DNA of 64,000 bases from Octopus vulgaris (Eukaryota), in the NCBI GenBank assembly GCA_951406725.2, contig OX597821.1, forward strand, positions 101,680,001-101,744,000. Direction: 5' to 3'. Positions 25,135 through 38,624 of the stretch are shown here, one piece after another; position 1 is the first letter of the stretch, and the number at the start of each line of letters is the position of its first letter. A model generated the notes under the pieces. That model made no database searches, was not told the DNA's origin, and saw only the letters and a program-made list of their open reading frames with translations. The translations under genes were made by a program, and so were the position numbers.

Positions 25135-26780
25135 GTCATCATCATTTTAATGTTTACTTTCTAATGCTTCATTTGGTCAGATGGGATTCACTGGGGAAGG
25201 TTTTTCTATGGCTAGGTGCCCTTCCTGTTGCCAACCTTCATCTGTTTCCAATCAAGGTAACATTTTCACATGGCCTACATGTTTTCATAGAAGACAGGAA
25301 ACGAAGGACACTAATTGTATGACAGTGATACTCATATACATACATATATATACAGGGTGTGTAAGGTATTTCAGGACATACCATTTTTGGGTCATTGCTG
25401 CATTTTTTGCTAATTCTGTATAATCTTTGTTTCAGAAAATAATAATGGCAGACCCTCAGCTTACTCAAGAAATGAAGAGGCATGGTGTTATTGAGGTTAT
25501 AAAGACTGAGCATAGCGATTTAGAAATATCTCAATTCTTAAAAGTTGCCAGATCTTTCACCTGCAAAGTTTGTAAGGAAACATATCACCAGTTTCAAAAC
25601 ATAAAAAGCATTCTAAACACTCTGAAATCATCAGATCACCTGAATTTATCCAACAAGTCCAACAGACCATTGATTACAATCTCAGAAAGTCCATGAGGTC
25701 AGTTGCAAAAGATTTCCATGTGTCAAAAGGAACAGTCAGAAATGTTGTCCACAAAGACATCAGATATAAGTCTTATTTGATGAGGAAAGGTTAATTTGCC
25801 AGAAAAAGCAAAAGAAAATCACTATATCAGATCTAAAAGGCTCTTAAACAAACTGAAAAATCCAGCAGAAGAAGATTTGATTTGGTTTTTCTCAAATGAG
25901 AAAAACTTCAACAATGATCAAAATGTTTACAGAAGAAATGACAGATAGTTATGTGCAGACCCTTCTGAAGTTCCAAGTGTTATGCATACAAAATTTCCTG
26001 CAACTGTCATGGTTTTAGGGGTTGTCAGCAATGAAGGACATGTGATGCTTCTTTACTTCTTTCCACAAGGCCTTAGAATTAACTCTGCCACCTACATTGT
26101 GGTCCTGGAAATAATTAAGCTCTGGATAGACAGTGTATGCAATGGAAGGCCATATGTGTTTCAGTAAGGCTGCACTATCACACATGGCTCTAGTTACACA
26201 GGAATGGATGACTGAAAATTTTCATGATCACGTAACCCCTAACATTTGGGCTCCTAATTCTCCAGATCTCAATCCATTTGACTATTACATGTGGAGCACT
26301 GTTGTGAGAGAGGTCAATGAACATACCCATAACACTAAAGATTCTTTGAAAGCTGCCATAGTCAGAGTAATGTCCAAAATTAACCAGGACCACTTGATTC
26401 GAGCATGTAAATGATTTAGATCTCACAGGAACTGTTGTTGAAGCTGAAGGTGGCTTTACTGAATAACATTATAGAAAAGACAGTTTATTTTTTATCTTCA
26501 AAGCATTTTTTGATAAATAAAGTTATTATCTGTTATTATATATCTGTTTTTTTATTAACATATATTTATCCTCAAATATCTTACGCACCCTGTATATATA
26601 TATTTATATGATATTAAGACAGAACAAACACACATTTCCATCTCACAACTCACTTACAAAGCTTTGGTCAACCCAGGGCTATAATGGAAGATATTTACCC
26701 AAAGTGTTATGCAGTGGGATTGAACTGAAAAGAACATAGCTGATAAGCTAACTTCTTAACATACAGCTATTCTTGCACCT
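25135..26780 (-). mobile_element. Family-B SINE (RTE-like tail) interrupted by the maT element
   Basis: Tail part 25135-25350, head part 26595-26780 (caaagctttggtcaacccagggctata...cagctattcttgcacct). Confidence 0.7.
25353..26592 (+). mobile_element. Full-length decayed maT (DD37D) Tc1/mariner-superfamily transposon
   Basis: TA TSD; TIRs cagggtgtgtaaggtatttcagga / rc cagggtgcgtaagatatttgagga; motifs WFFSNEKNF, KFPATVMVLGVVS.EG, YVFQ*, WAPNSPDLNPFDY. 37 residues lie between the inferred (frameshifted) second D and the final D. Confidence 0.9.
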
Positions 26781-26856
26781 ATATATGTAATTTATTCAGA
26801 ACTCGTTCACTATAATAAAAACTTTGGTAGAACATATATTCTTTTAGTAGTGTAAT

Positions 26857-27072
26857 ATTGGTTTGAAATTTTGGCACAAGGCCAGCAATTTCATGGGTGA
26901 GGCTAAGTCAATTACATCGACCTCAGTGCTGAACTGGTACTTATTTTATGAACCCTGAAAAGATGAAAGGTAAAGTTGATCTCAGCAGAATCTGAACTCA
27001 GAACACAAAGATAAATGAAATGCTGCTAAACATTTTGCCCGGCATGCTAATGATTCTGCCAGCACACTGCTT
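26857..27072 (-). mobile_element. Family-A SINE
   Basis: ttggtttgaaattttggcacaaggccagc...gaactcagaac...gctaatgattctgccagc. Confidence 0.85.
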
Positions 27073-27777
27073 TTTATAACAGTGTAATATTACTAAAGTA
27101 TTTGTTTGGATTGACTTGTACCTCATTCTGTTCAGTAACTCCTGTTAATTACTTTCCAGGCTTTCCTTTAACATTAGGCAGTGTACAATAAAAACAGATA
27201 TTGTTTTTACCTGAATACGAAAAAAGCATTGCAAGTGACAGACCTTCTACCTCAATAAACTAGTATTTTCAGTATATGAGTATATTTATAATATACTTAT
27301 CATGGCATTGTCATAGAAATAGATTTCAATTCTTTCAAGAATAAAAAAAAAAAAATGGAAAATTCAATTCAGTTCCTTTCTAGAAAGGACTGAGTTAACC
27401 TTCTGAATCGAGATTTTAGAAAGAGATTTGGTTTATTTTAAGGAATGATTAAAAGGAATTAAAATTTTCCCATTTGAATGGAGTAAAATTGAAGATGGAG
27501 TCATCAGCAAAGAATGACGCAGTCAGTGTTTTGTAAGGAACAGAGAAAGAGGAGGGAGATCTCTAAACAAAGAGCAAAAACAGAGGTTGTGTGCAAAGGA
27601 TGATACTTGAATTATGGTGACATTTACAAGTTGGTATTTGGAAACAGTTCCATCAACAAATATTGAAATAAACCAATAAATGACAGATGCTGTTGGCACA
27701 ACCAAGAAAACCTATTTGAAGAACTAGTAAATAACTGTATAAAATAAACATGTGCATGCTTGAATACACACACTCTT

Positions 27778-27818
<41 letters not shown>

Positions 27819-29049
27819 ATAATAAAATGAATGTTGTTTGATTAAATCTATAAGTTTTTGATGGTTTTTGTAATTCCAGGAAGATAGAGAACTAGTTTTA
27901 TACAAGTAGGCCTTCAATGTCTCCAACTGAAATAACAAGTCCTTTGAAGTTCATTCTTCTACCACTTAGTAAAAAATACAAGAAAATGTGAATAAGTATA
28001 TTCCTTTATGACAACAAAAATTCTTCAGTACTTCACACACACACACACACACACACACACCATCCATTAGCTACTAATAATGTTCTTCTTTTGTAAAAGT
28101 TATCTAAAAAGTAAGATTCAATCAAATTTGCAACACTAAATTTAAATGCTATAACTGTACAACAGAATATATGTCCAGATTTTTAACCAAAGAGTGGTTA
28201 GTAAGAATTTGCAAGTGGAACCGTTTGAGTAGCTCCTGCAGTTTCTGCATGGGACTAAGCATCTCTAATATTTATTTTACCTGTATAGACAGAGGTAAAC
28301 ACCTTGTTTTAATATATAATATCTTTATGGAAAGGAAAAGAGTGACCAGCTAGATTAGTTTTAATGCTGTGTTGAGATTTCATCAGTGACTGAGTCTCCT
28401 CTTTAACTGTCCATGGAGACACAATTATTTTGGATTTAAGTAAAGTGGATAGATCAATTTACTTATTAAACACATTTTTGGCAGCTAGTTTGATTAGTAA
28501 ATTACTGGTGCATTAAAAGTATTTTGTTTCAATGCTTGACAATAATACATAATAAGTCAATAGATTTTTAATCAACATTACAATGTGCAGACAGAGGCAA
28601 ACACTATGTCATTATATACTATATAACATCTGAATTTAAAAGTCAGTAGTTTAGTGATAGTTTAAGCAACATGTTTAACTTCATGAATGATAATTTTGAG
28701 TGTGACTCCTATTGAACTTGATTTCAGAAGATGCACTTCTAGGATTAATAAAATAAGTGTCAACATCTTGCTGAGAGAGGAGGTCAAATACTGGACCATA
28801 TCAAATAGATTAAGTCTGTTGGCTAATTCTATTATGTAGATCAATATAATAAGAGTTGTGTAAAGTTGTACAACATCTAGAGCAACTTCATAATGAATAT
28901 GATGTAAACCAGCAAGAATTAGATGGTAAAAGTAAAGGTTATTGCAGTACAAGAGCAAACTGATAAATATTTCCTACTAAAACCTCTATGCTTTGGGCTC
29001 ACAATATCAACATCATCTTTTTTAAATTTAACTCTTTACTTGTTCTCTA

Positions 29050-30702
29050 GCCATCTGGTAGATTTGTTAGGTATCTGTCAGTCTTGGAAGGCCATGGATC
29101 TGTGCCCAAAGAAATCATGTCAGCTGTTGATGGTGGTGCAGCATCTGTTGTGGCTGTACAGGCCCACACAAGAGTGGAAGTCATGCATACAGTGCCTGTA
29201 TTTGAAGGAGCTCTCTGCCAGTACTACTGATTTTTCCTTACATAGAGTATGCTTTTCTTTGAGAGTTCTTGTTTTTCTTCTGCTTGCTTGATTCCCTTTC
29301 ACAGTATTTGTCTCCAATGAGAGCTATCATTTGCAACCTCCTCCCATCTCAGGAATTCCAGATCAAGCAACTTCATATTTCTCTTACAGACATCTTTGAA
29401 ATGAAGATTAGGTCATCCTTGTGCTCTTGTGCTGGAGGCCAATTCCCCAAACAGGAGGTCTTTTAGGATCTTTCCGGCTGGCATGTGATGAACAGGACTG
29501 AACCAGCGCAAATGACACTGCTGGAGCAAGATGTGTATGCTGGGTATCTTGGCTCAGTTGAGGACTTTGGTGTTGGTGATGTGGTTGGTCCACTTGATGT
29601 CCGAGATGTGTCTCAAATTACAAAGGTGAAAGATGTTGAGACGCCACTCCTATCTAGAGTAGAGGCTCCAGGTCTTGCTGCCATAAAGTAGCATGCTAAG
29701 GATGCACATCTTATAGACAGCAATTTTGGTGTTTGCAGCCAGTTTTTTGTTTTCCCAGACTCTCTTTGTGAGCCTGGCAAATGTGGAGGAGGCTTGTCTG
29801 ATTTGCCTCTTGATCTCAGGGTCCAGGGAGTGGTCATCTGTGATGATAGAACCAAGATAGGTGAATTGATGGACTACCTCCAGCTTGTAGTTGTTGATGG
29901 TGATGGTGAGGCCATGCTTCACACTTTGACCCATTACATGGGTCTTCTTCAGACTGATAGTCAGACTGAATTCCTGACAGGCCTGTGAAAGTTTGTCCAC
30001 AAGGTGCTGCATTTGCTCTTCAGAGTGCACTGTCAGAGCTGCATCGTCTGCAAACAGCATTTCTCTGATGAATACCTAGCACACCTTGGATTTTGCTTTC
30101 AGCCTCGACAGACAAAACAGATTGCCACTTGACCTGATGTGGAGGTAAACACAGTCAGTTGATGTCCCAAAGTTGATGTTCAGCATGACTGCAAAGAAGA
30201 TGCCAAATAGAGTGGGGGCAAGCACACAGCCCTGTTTCATGCTGCTATGTATGTTAAATGACTCCAATGAGGAGCCATCAAATTGAATTACACCTTTCAT
30301 GTTCATTGAAATGATTGAACAATCCTGAGAAAGTCTTGGAGGACAGCCAATCTTGGCAAGGATTTTGAACAGTCTGTCTCTACTGACTAGGTCAAAAGCC
30401 TTTGTGAGGTTGATAACGGTGATAAAGAGTGGTGGTGTTTGCTCTCAACACTTTTCCTGTAGCAGTCGGAGAGAAAAGATCATGTTGATGGTAGAGTGTT
30501 TTGCTCTGAAACTACACTGAGATTTGGGGTATACCCTCTCAGTGATCTTCTGTAGCCTATTTAGGGCCACATGGGCAAAGACTTACCCAATGATGCTTAA
30601 CATCAAGATGCCTTGGTAGTTATTGCAGTCAATTTTCTCTCCTTTGTTCTTCTATAGGGTGACAATGTTGCAGTCTCATGTCTTGCAACACTGATCCCTC
30701 CT
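29050..30702 (-). pseudogene. RTE (BovB-like) LINE, 5'-truncated: RT domain to C-terminal zinc finger
   Basis: Translations QGCVLAPTLFGIFF, MLFADDAAL, TISLKKT, FTYLGS, LLYGSKTW, and terminal HC..DFHS.VGLYSH.R.C; multiple stops/frameshifts. Confidence 0.92.
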
Positions 30703-31809
30703 TTAAGTTCCACCATTAAAAACACTTTATTTCATGTTTCTTGAAGTTTCTAAATTCTTATGATGTAAACACAGTCTCAAATATTGTTAGTTATAATAAC
30801 CATTGACCAATAGCCATAAAAGTAGGGTGTCTCATTAAAAGCAGAAAGAACTAGTGGAAATTCTATGTAATACTGATTGTAAGATCAGGGAGTGTACACA
30901 ATTGAGTGTAGATAGAGATATATCTTGGTGACTATGGTTACAGTGAAACAAAACATGATCTTTCACATTATATGCTGACCTAAATACAAACACAACTATT
31001 GTGGTCTACCTTTTAGGACTGTGTTGGTTTGTATCTCAAGTGTAACTTGTATAGGGGGAAAATCAAAATAATTTCATACTAATTACATAATTACCATTAA
31101 AAAAAAGTAGTCATAAATTAGAGCATTAATTACCAGGGTGGTGTTCAGACATTTTATGAAATAAATTGAGCACACAGAACAAACAACTATACAATATCAA
31201 AATAGATATAAATACACTTTTTACATTTCAATAAAATGGTATTAAAAAATGCATAAAATGTGAAACAGAAAAATATATAGGCACATCTAGTCTTTCTCTA
31301 ATTCACAATAATTCTGTAACTATTATCATAAATGCAAATCAAATAGATTTTACTTCTAATATTCAGTCAAATACATAATCATTATCAAATTTCTAAATGC
31401 CTTCCATTTCTTTTATTATATATGAGGTAATTATTCTTGGAAGTTATCAATGTAACCTATTCAGTTCTAAGATACATCTCATGAATGTTCTGGAATGCAT
31501 CATCAGCAATGTTTCTGGGGTCTCAGGAGGCTTTCAGCATCAGACAGCTGTGCTAAAACTGAAAACTGATGCAATCCTATGACTTGCTGGATCCTGTCAA
31601 ACCATCCAACCCATGCCAGCAGGAAAAATGATGTTGCTGATGATGGTATCTAACAATTTTCTTAGAATAGAATACAGACAAAAGACATCTTCTATGCTTG
31701 TATAATCTTTATAACAGAAGCAACTTCATGTATTTAAGTAATTACTGACTAATTTATACCTACAAAGATATTAGCTGTTTTTTCCCCTTCATTTGTCTGG
31801 AGCAAGGGC

Positions 31810-32050
31810 TAGTGTCCATGGCCTTCACAGGGCCTCCTAGATTTATGTGACTGATGCTGTTAAGAGTTAATGTCTCCACTGCAAATAAACACCTACAGGA
31901 AAAGATGTAAGTAGGAAGGGAGTTCCAGAGGACCAACATTCTGAGATGAAAGGATTGGGCATAGGATTCCTGGGTGTGGTTGGTTAAAACAAAGGTGATG
32001 AGAGATGAGGTGGCATAAGCTTAACCAGCTTCAAGTGGCAGAGACTATTA
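31810..32050 (-). mobile_element. 3' end remnant of CR1/L2/Jockey-like LINE
   Basis: Minus reading YAQSF...LWNSLPTYIF (typical SFF..LWNSLP C-terminus); similar to 54420-54510. Confidence 0.5.
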
Positions 32051-33399
32051 TAGTAAAGGTACTAAATACATGTATGTTATAATCTTGGGTACTATTTATG
32101 ATAGTACTTAAGGTTATAGCATACAGGTCAAGAAATGTTCTTTGGAAACTTTTATACAATGGTGATTGAATTCTCAAAGCACAGTCTGTTGTAAAAAATA
32201 TTCCATGCCTGAGGCCTAAAAATTTATGTTACAAAACCAAACAGTTAATTAATAAAAGCTAGCACACAATCTCAGTGCCTTAATTGACTTTGTTTGATAT
32301 ATAAGAAGGGTGTAGGTAGTAACTCAATGTTGTGTATTTAGTGCAAAGAACAGATACAAAAAAATTGTGGCTGGATCTCAAGTAAACTAACAGAAAACCT
32401 GGACTTCATATGTAACAGATGCAAATGAATAGTTAGCAGTAGAAACACACATAAAATGAAATCCATGAACTGTTCAAGTGGCTTACTAGATATAGCTAAT
32501 AGATTATTTTATCTAATATAATTAGGTTTGAAAGATATCTGTAGAGAAATCTGTGATAAAATTAGATGGCTATAGAGAAAGCATAATTCAGAGTAAGAAG
32601 TTGGTAGATATTCAGAAAGCTGTTACCTCATATAGTAACAAAGAGTTTCTTTCTCCAAGAAAAAGGAAGATCTTATGAAGCATGTGAAAGAAGTGTGATG
32701 CTTGCATTTTAGTGACATATAGGTACTAAATATCAAAGATCTACAGAGGCTGAGGAGAAATGAAGCAAGCATAATCTGATTGATGTGTAATGTTAACCTG
32801 CATGAAAAGTAGAGCAGAATTGAGCTGAGATAGTAGCTAAGTCATGAAAAGAATTAGCAAATAAGCAACAACTGTACTAATATGAACATATGATGCAAAC
32901 AAGAGTTGAATGTTGAGTGAAACTATCCATGCTGTTAATGGAAGGTATCCATGTAAGAGGAAGACTAACAAAAATGTAATGAAGAAGCAATGAGGTCAAA
33001 TCTTAAGACACTTGGCTTCACAGATGAAATAATGAAAGATAAAACTAAGTGGTGATGTACTTTATAGCAGACCCCATCATAGCCATGACATCCAGATGTT
33101 AAATCAATGATGATGTGGTAGTGACAATGAGAATAGAAAATGATGTAATACCAGGGTTATACAAACATCTAATTTTTTTAAAGTATATAATCCAAAGTTA
33201 GATGGAGATTTTGAAGTCTCAAATATATTCAGACAATTATTTAAAATAGCTTGTTTTGAATTTTAAAGGATTATAATAAGGATAGAATGATATAAGGAGA
33301 AAAATTTATATTTAGTACTATATAAAACACAACCAAATTTATCTACAGATATTTACTAAAATAAAGATTAAATGCGACTTGTTAGAACGATATATCTTT

Positions 33400-33735
33400 T
33401 ATCTGTTTTACTTGTTTCAGTCATTAAACTTCAGCCATGCAAGGGCATCACCTTGAAGAATTTTTAGTTAAATGTATCAACCCCAGTACTTACTTTTTTA
33501 AAAATCCTGGTACTTATTCTAGCACACCAGCACTGATTGTCAAGCGGTGGGGAAACAAACGCAAAGACACACATGTGTGCACACACACAATGATGGGCTT
33601 CTTTAAGTTTCCGTCTACCAAATCCATTCACAAGGCTTCAGTTTGATCAATGCTATAGTACAAGACACTTGCCCAAGGTGCCACACAGTGGGACTGAAGC
33701 CCAAACAATGTGGTTGGGAAGCAAGCTTGTTACGG
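33400..33735 (-). mobile_element. Family-B SINE with internal deletion
   Basis: ttttacttgtttcagtcatt...gtttccgtctaccaaatccattcacaaggc...gacacttgcccaaggtgccac. Confidence 0.8.
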
Positions 33736-34242
33736 ATAAACAAACAGTATCTATCCATAATCTGTGGAAGCTTTATTAAATCAGGAAAATGTTGCAGGTA
33801 AGTGAGATTGATGCAGTTAATATAGAATTTAAAGGGTTGGTGGTTAATTAATGTATTATGAAAACATTGAAAGGAAGGAATTTTCATAAAGCAGCATTCC
33901 TTAGAATGAAGAGCAGCATGTAGTATTTGGAGAAACAACAGACAAGGGTTGAGAGTTTGATAAAAAGCAACATCAATTACAATAGTGGTAGAAGAAACAG
34001 AAGGAAACAGCATGGTATCAGACTAAGACTGAAGGCTTTTCAAAAAGTAATGGCTTGTTGAGAAATGGAAGTATTTTCAGAATGTAAATGGATTTTGGCA
34101 ATTCCGCACAAAGCAGAAATATTTCTAGATTCTCGAGAAAAATGCAAGTTATCATAAGGTTAGTTTAAAAACATTGAAGATATCAGAAGTTTCCCAAAAA
34201 AAAAAAAAAGAACAAGAAAGATAGGGGCACTAGTGTATTTAA

Positions 34243-34462
34243 CCCTTTAGTATTCAGATTATTCTGTCAAATGTAGTGCTTGTTTGTTCACATTGTTTTG
34301 TATTAATCATGCATTATCTCGTAGCTTTGAGATTTCGATGATGCAATTGTATACTTTTAGAATGATATTCTAGTGTAGTTGTGAGAGGCCAGATCTAGCA
34401 AGTTTAAACACAAAACATGTAGAATATTTGGGCTGGATATGGCCAATTTAAATGCTAAAGAG
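34243..34462. mobile_element. piggyBac-type MITE
   Basis: TTAA TSD on both sides (34239-34242, 34463-34466); TIRs ccctttagtattcaga / rc ctctttagcatttaaa. Confidence 0.85.
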
Positions 34463-35104
34463 TTAATGATGAAAATTTTTTAAATTTGAAATTATTCATA
34501 GCATATCGTGGTTTATGCCAGCCATGACATTTTATTTTCAGACAATGTACCCAGAACTAAATTATCTATTGTGCCTTTCTCTTTTTAAGATGTAGCATGT
34601 GGTTTGAGAGGAATTACACTCCTATTTCTAGCAAGTCAAATGATCACAGAGATGCTCTTATGATGGCTCTTTCATGAGATGAAGTGGTGCATGATACATA
34701 TCTGTTGAAATAAGTGTACTTCCCGCAGGCAATATTAGCAATCATCTGATTTGTGGCTTTAAAGAATGTGGGAAAATAATTGCATACAAGTGTGAAATAT
34801 TAAAGGTGGCCAATAGAAAAAATTAAGGAAAACATTGGGTTCTTGGGAAATGGTGAACGTCATTGAGAATGGGATTGGAGATGATTATGGTACAACTGAG
34901 AAGACTTAAGATCCAAGTTATCATTTGTTAGTTTAATACCCAATAAAAATATTTTGCTCTAGGAGTATGCATGTCATATTGTCAAAGGTCTTTACATATT
35001 AAATCCAAAAGCTTTCACTCCAGTTGGTTCTTATTTTTTCAACATAAAAATATCTATTGCATATCATGTAGAAAAATAGCAGATGCAAATTTTCAGAACC
35101 AATA

Positions 35105-36324
35105 TTGGGTTGACCAAAAAGTCTACTCAGTTTTTTTAAGCAAAAATAAGTCAAAAGTTTTAAACAGAAAGCAATTTATTCAATCAATGATATAATTACT
35201 ATTTTGTTCCAGTATGTTCTGCCATTTTGTGGGCAGAGCAATTATTCCCTGCCTAATAAAATTTTTGTCTTTACAGGTAAAAAGCTCTTCCAGGTGAATT
35301 TTTACATTTAATGTATTTTGAAGAGATGGAAACAGGTGGAATTCTGAAGACATAAGGTTGAGCAAATATGGAGGGAGCAGTAAAACTTCCCAACCAAGTC
35401 TCAGCAACTTCTACAGTGTCTTCAAAGAAGTGTGTAGTCTGGCATTGTTATGATGTAAGACAATGCCCTTATGATTAGCAAGTGATAGACATTTCTGGTG
35501 GATTTCCACAATTAATTTGTGCAGCTAATCACAGTACACATCTGAATTGATGGTCCTGTTTGCGGGAAGAAGCTTGTAAAAGACAACACCCTTCCAATCC
35601 CACCAAATTGAAAGCATAACCATCTTTGGGTGAATTCTGCTTTGAAAATTGTGGTGGTTCACCATGCTTCCCCCATAATCATTTGCACTTCACATTGTTA
35701 TAAATGATTCATTTTGCACCCCTGTCGCCAATCTCATCAAAAAATGGTTCATTTTCTTCACATATCTACAACAAATCACAGATGGAAATCTATTGGGCAA
35801 GATTATTATCATTCACTTGGTGTGGGACCCAAATATTGAGCCTGCTGATGTAACCAAATTGATGCAGATGGTTTTCAACACTTGATCTGGATATTTGAAG
35901 AATATCTGCAATTATCCTAGTTGTATAGTGGGGGTTGGTGTCACTGTTAATCTCACTTAGCCAGCCAGAGTGAGGTGTGTCTTGAACCAAAAAATCTCCT
36001 AATTAAAATCTTGAAAACCACTTCTGGCACACACATTCCATAACAGCACACATCTTATGGCGAGTTTCTGTCATTTTCTTACCTTTCTTTAAAATAAAAA
36101 AAAGCATGAATTGTTGATAATGTTCCTTTTGACTTTCCTTTTTCAGAGTGATCCCAAGCACACGATATACAACTTGTCTCATTGTAAGTTTGTATCAAAC
36201 CACATTGAAGTGTCAAGTATCTAACAAATGCACATGTGCAAGGGACAGACAGAAGTTAGCTACTTATTGGAGTGCTTGAAGTTTAGTGTCAACAAAAACT
36301 GAACAAACTTTTTGGCCAAATTGA
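35105..36324 (-). mobile_element. Full-length decayed mariner transposon
   Basis: TA-flanked TIRs ttgggttgaccaaaaagtctactcagtttt / rc tcaatttggccaaaaagtttgttcagtttt; motifs WVPHQ and LGWEVL..PPY...L..S.FHLF.SLQN, GI.ALP.KWQ. Confidence 0.9.
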
Positions 36325-36638
36325 TATTAATGGTTGGCTAGAGAAAATGAAAAAGGTTTATCAATAATTGATTCTATCCAAGTATGTCAATGCATCAAAA
36401 GTTCTTTCTTCAGGTTAAGACATACCATTGCATATTTTCAGGATTCTATATAAATGAACAGGTTAGAAAATTGGTTACGGCAGAATTAATTCTTGGCTAC
36501 ATTGTTAGTATGTGATAACTAGCTTATCACACACTATTTTTATGTCTGTTGGTTGTTAAATAAGTTTTAAATATTTAATTCTGTGTATTTTTCAAATGAT
36601 TGCTGAAATGGATCCAAAAATGAATATTAGCACTATAA

Positions 36639-36910
36639 CAGACATGGGTGACCCTTTCTCAAGATATGGGCTGCAGAGGCATGGCTCATCATCAAATGAG
36701 CCTTACTACTAAATACATTCAAGGTTATTTTTCATTATGTATGCCATTCAACAAATCTCATGAGCTGCATGCAACCCACAGGTTGCATGTGACTAGCAAG
36801 CTGCAAGTGATCCACAGGCTGCATGTGACCCACAGGCTGCATGTAAACCACAGACTGCATGTGACCCACAAGTTGCATGTGATCCACAGGCTGAAGTTTG
36901 CCTATAACTG
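36639..36910. mobile_element. Decayed hAT-type MITE containing an 18-bp tandem array
   Basis: Ends cagacatgggtgac / rc cagttataggcaaac; TSD not clearly preserved. Confidence 0.5.
36764..36889. repeat. Minisatellite, 7 x 18 bp (consensus gctgcatgtgacccacag)
   Basis: Seven contiguous degenerate units counted directly. Confidence 0.9.
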
Positions 36911-38624
36911 ACCTATGGTGAAAACCCTAACCCAGTTTGATTTTGAGGCCAACTTCTAGTTTACTGTTTCAAGTTTTACGTAAGTTGGACAACGTGTCAA
37001 TTTTAAAATAGTTTCAGTTTTATAACTTTGATTATATATAACATTCATAAGTGAATGAGTTTTGAAATAAATATTAAGTCCCAGAACCAAATTAGGGTCA
37101 CTGCAGTGATTTAATCCTTTATAAACTAAATAAATATAAAGTGTCAATAAGAAAAGAGAACAATAGTAATTTGATTTAAAAATTATAGTTTGACTGATTA
37201 GTATTAATCTGGAGATCATGAGATCATAGCTCTGAAGAATAATCAAACAATACTCTATCATTTAATCCAAAGATAGAAATTGGAATCTGTTAGTTACAAA
37301 TCTATTCTTCTCTGTAAGTCTATTTGTTTCTTAAACAAATAAAATTATTTGAAAAATGGAAATTTTTAATTATTTTATTCCAAATAATAAAGATTATGAA
37401 TAATATGAAAATTTGAATAAAATTCATTTATATTCCAAAGTGTCAATATATTCCATGAAAGGTGGAAGAGAACAAAAAATGAAAGGAGAAAAAAAAAAGA
37501 GAAATACTAAGAGTATTTGGTTTTGGAAGCAGAATAAAATCTTTGAAATTTCAATAAGCTTTCAAGAATAAAATTACCGATTTTCTTTCTTTATTATATA
37601 CAGTTGTTTTGTATCTGCTTCTTTATGTAATCAAGGAAGAGCAATAACAACAAAAACAACCAACTAAATAACATTTTCCAGCTTCTATTGTACTAAATGT
37701 TTTTCTAAACTTTGTGTAATGATATTTTTTAGATAGAGAAGAGTATGAAGAATTTCTTCTTTTTTTACATTATACTATATTTTCATTTAGTTTTCCAATG
37801 ATGTACTGAACCTTTATTTAAATTGATTGAGGAATACATGAAGGATTTCAGAAAATACCAAACAAAAGAAAAAAACAGCCCTGAAAATTCAATTTTTTAA
37901 ACTGTAGCATCAGAAAAATAATGCAAGAGAAACAATAAGAGAAAATTGAAGCCAAATTATTTTAGTTACAGCAACTATTAAGTTAAGTGTAACTCAGTAC
38001 TGTCAATGTGGCATATATGCAGACAGGCATGCTACATCTTCAAAATAAGGGGTGAAAATAAAAGGAAAAAACTATATAGATTATCACAACAATTTATCTT
38101 TTACCAAAGTGCAGTCAATTGTAGCCTCTTTAAATCATTTTAAAATGATTCAGCTGTATAAAAGCATTTACAGATGGAATTTTTAAAATTATTATAAAAG
38201 ATCATGTGTTTTAACTGGGCATAAATTTTCTTTTTCAAATCAATTTATTTTTGAAATGGAAATTTAAAAAAAAAATCAATATTTATGCCTACTAATTAAC
38301 AACTCTAGTTGGCTTAAAAAAATACACAAAAACAAGAGGTAAATATACACAAATATCTAAATAAAAATATATGTGTATAGGGTGTGTGTGTGTGTGTGTG
38401 TGTGTATATCCTTCAAAATAATGAATATTTTCATTCTAGTAAAAGATTTTGGCCTCTGATGTCATTGAACAATGGTAAACTACAGTATTCAAACTTTAAA
38501 TGAGTTCAAGTTACTAATGTGGAAAGGTTCCAAAAGAAAAAGAAATTATTGACTTTCCAATAGTTCTGTTTTTTCATTAAGAAATAACAATGCAATTTTA
38601 TTTATGGTGATCAAAATGGAAAAG

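Noticed and set aside
28662-28958. 98-aa hydrophobic minus ORF
   Set aside because: AT-biased composition; at best a faint echo of an old LINE endonuclease; no splice support.
33780-33805. Perfect + strand donor CAG|GTAAGT
   Set aside because: No convincing upstream acceptor or ORF (abuts a SINE); expected by chance in 64 kb.
36648-36911. ORF with HRLHVT repeats / possible CRISPR-like array
   Set aside because: Contiguous 18-bp tandem units with no spacers, inside a MITE; eukaryotic context with no cas genes.
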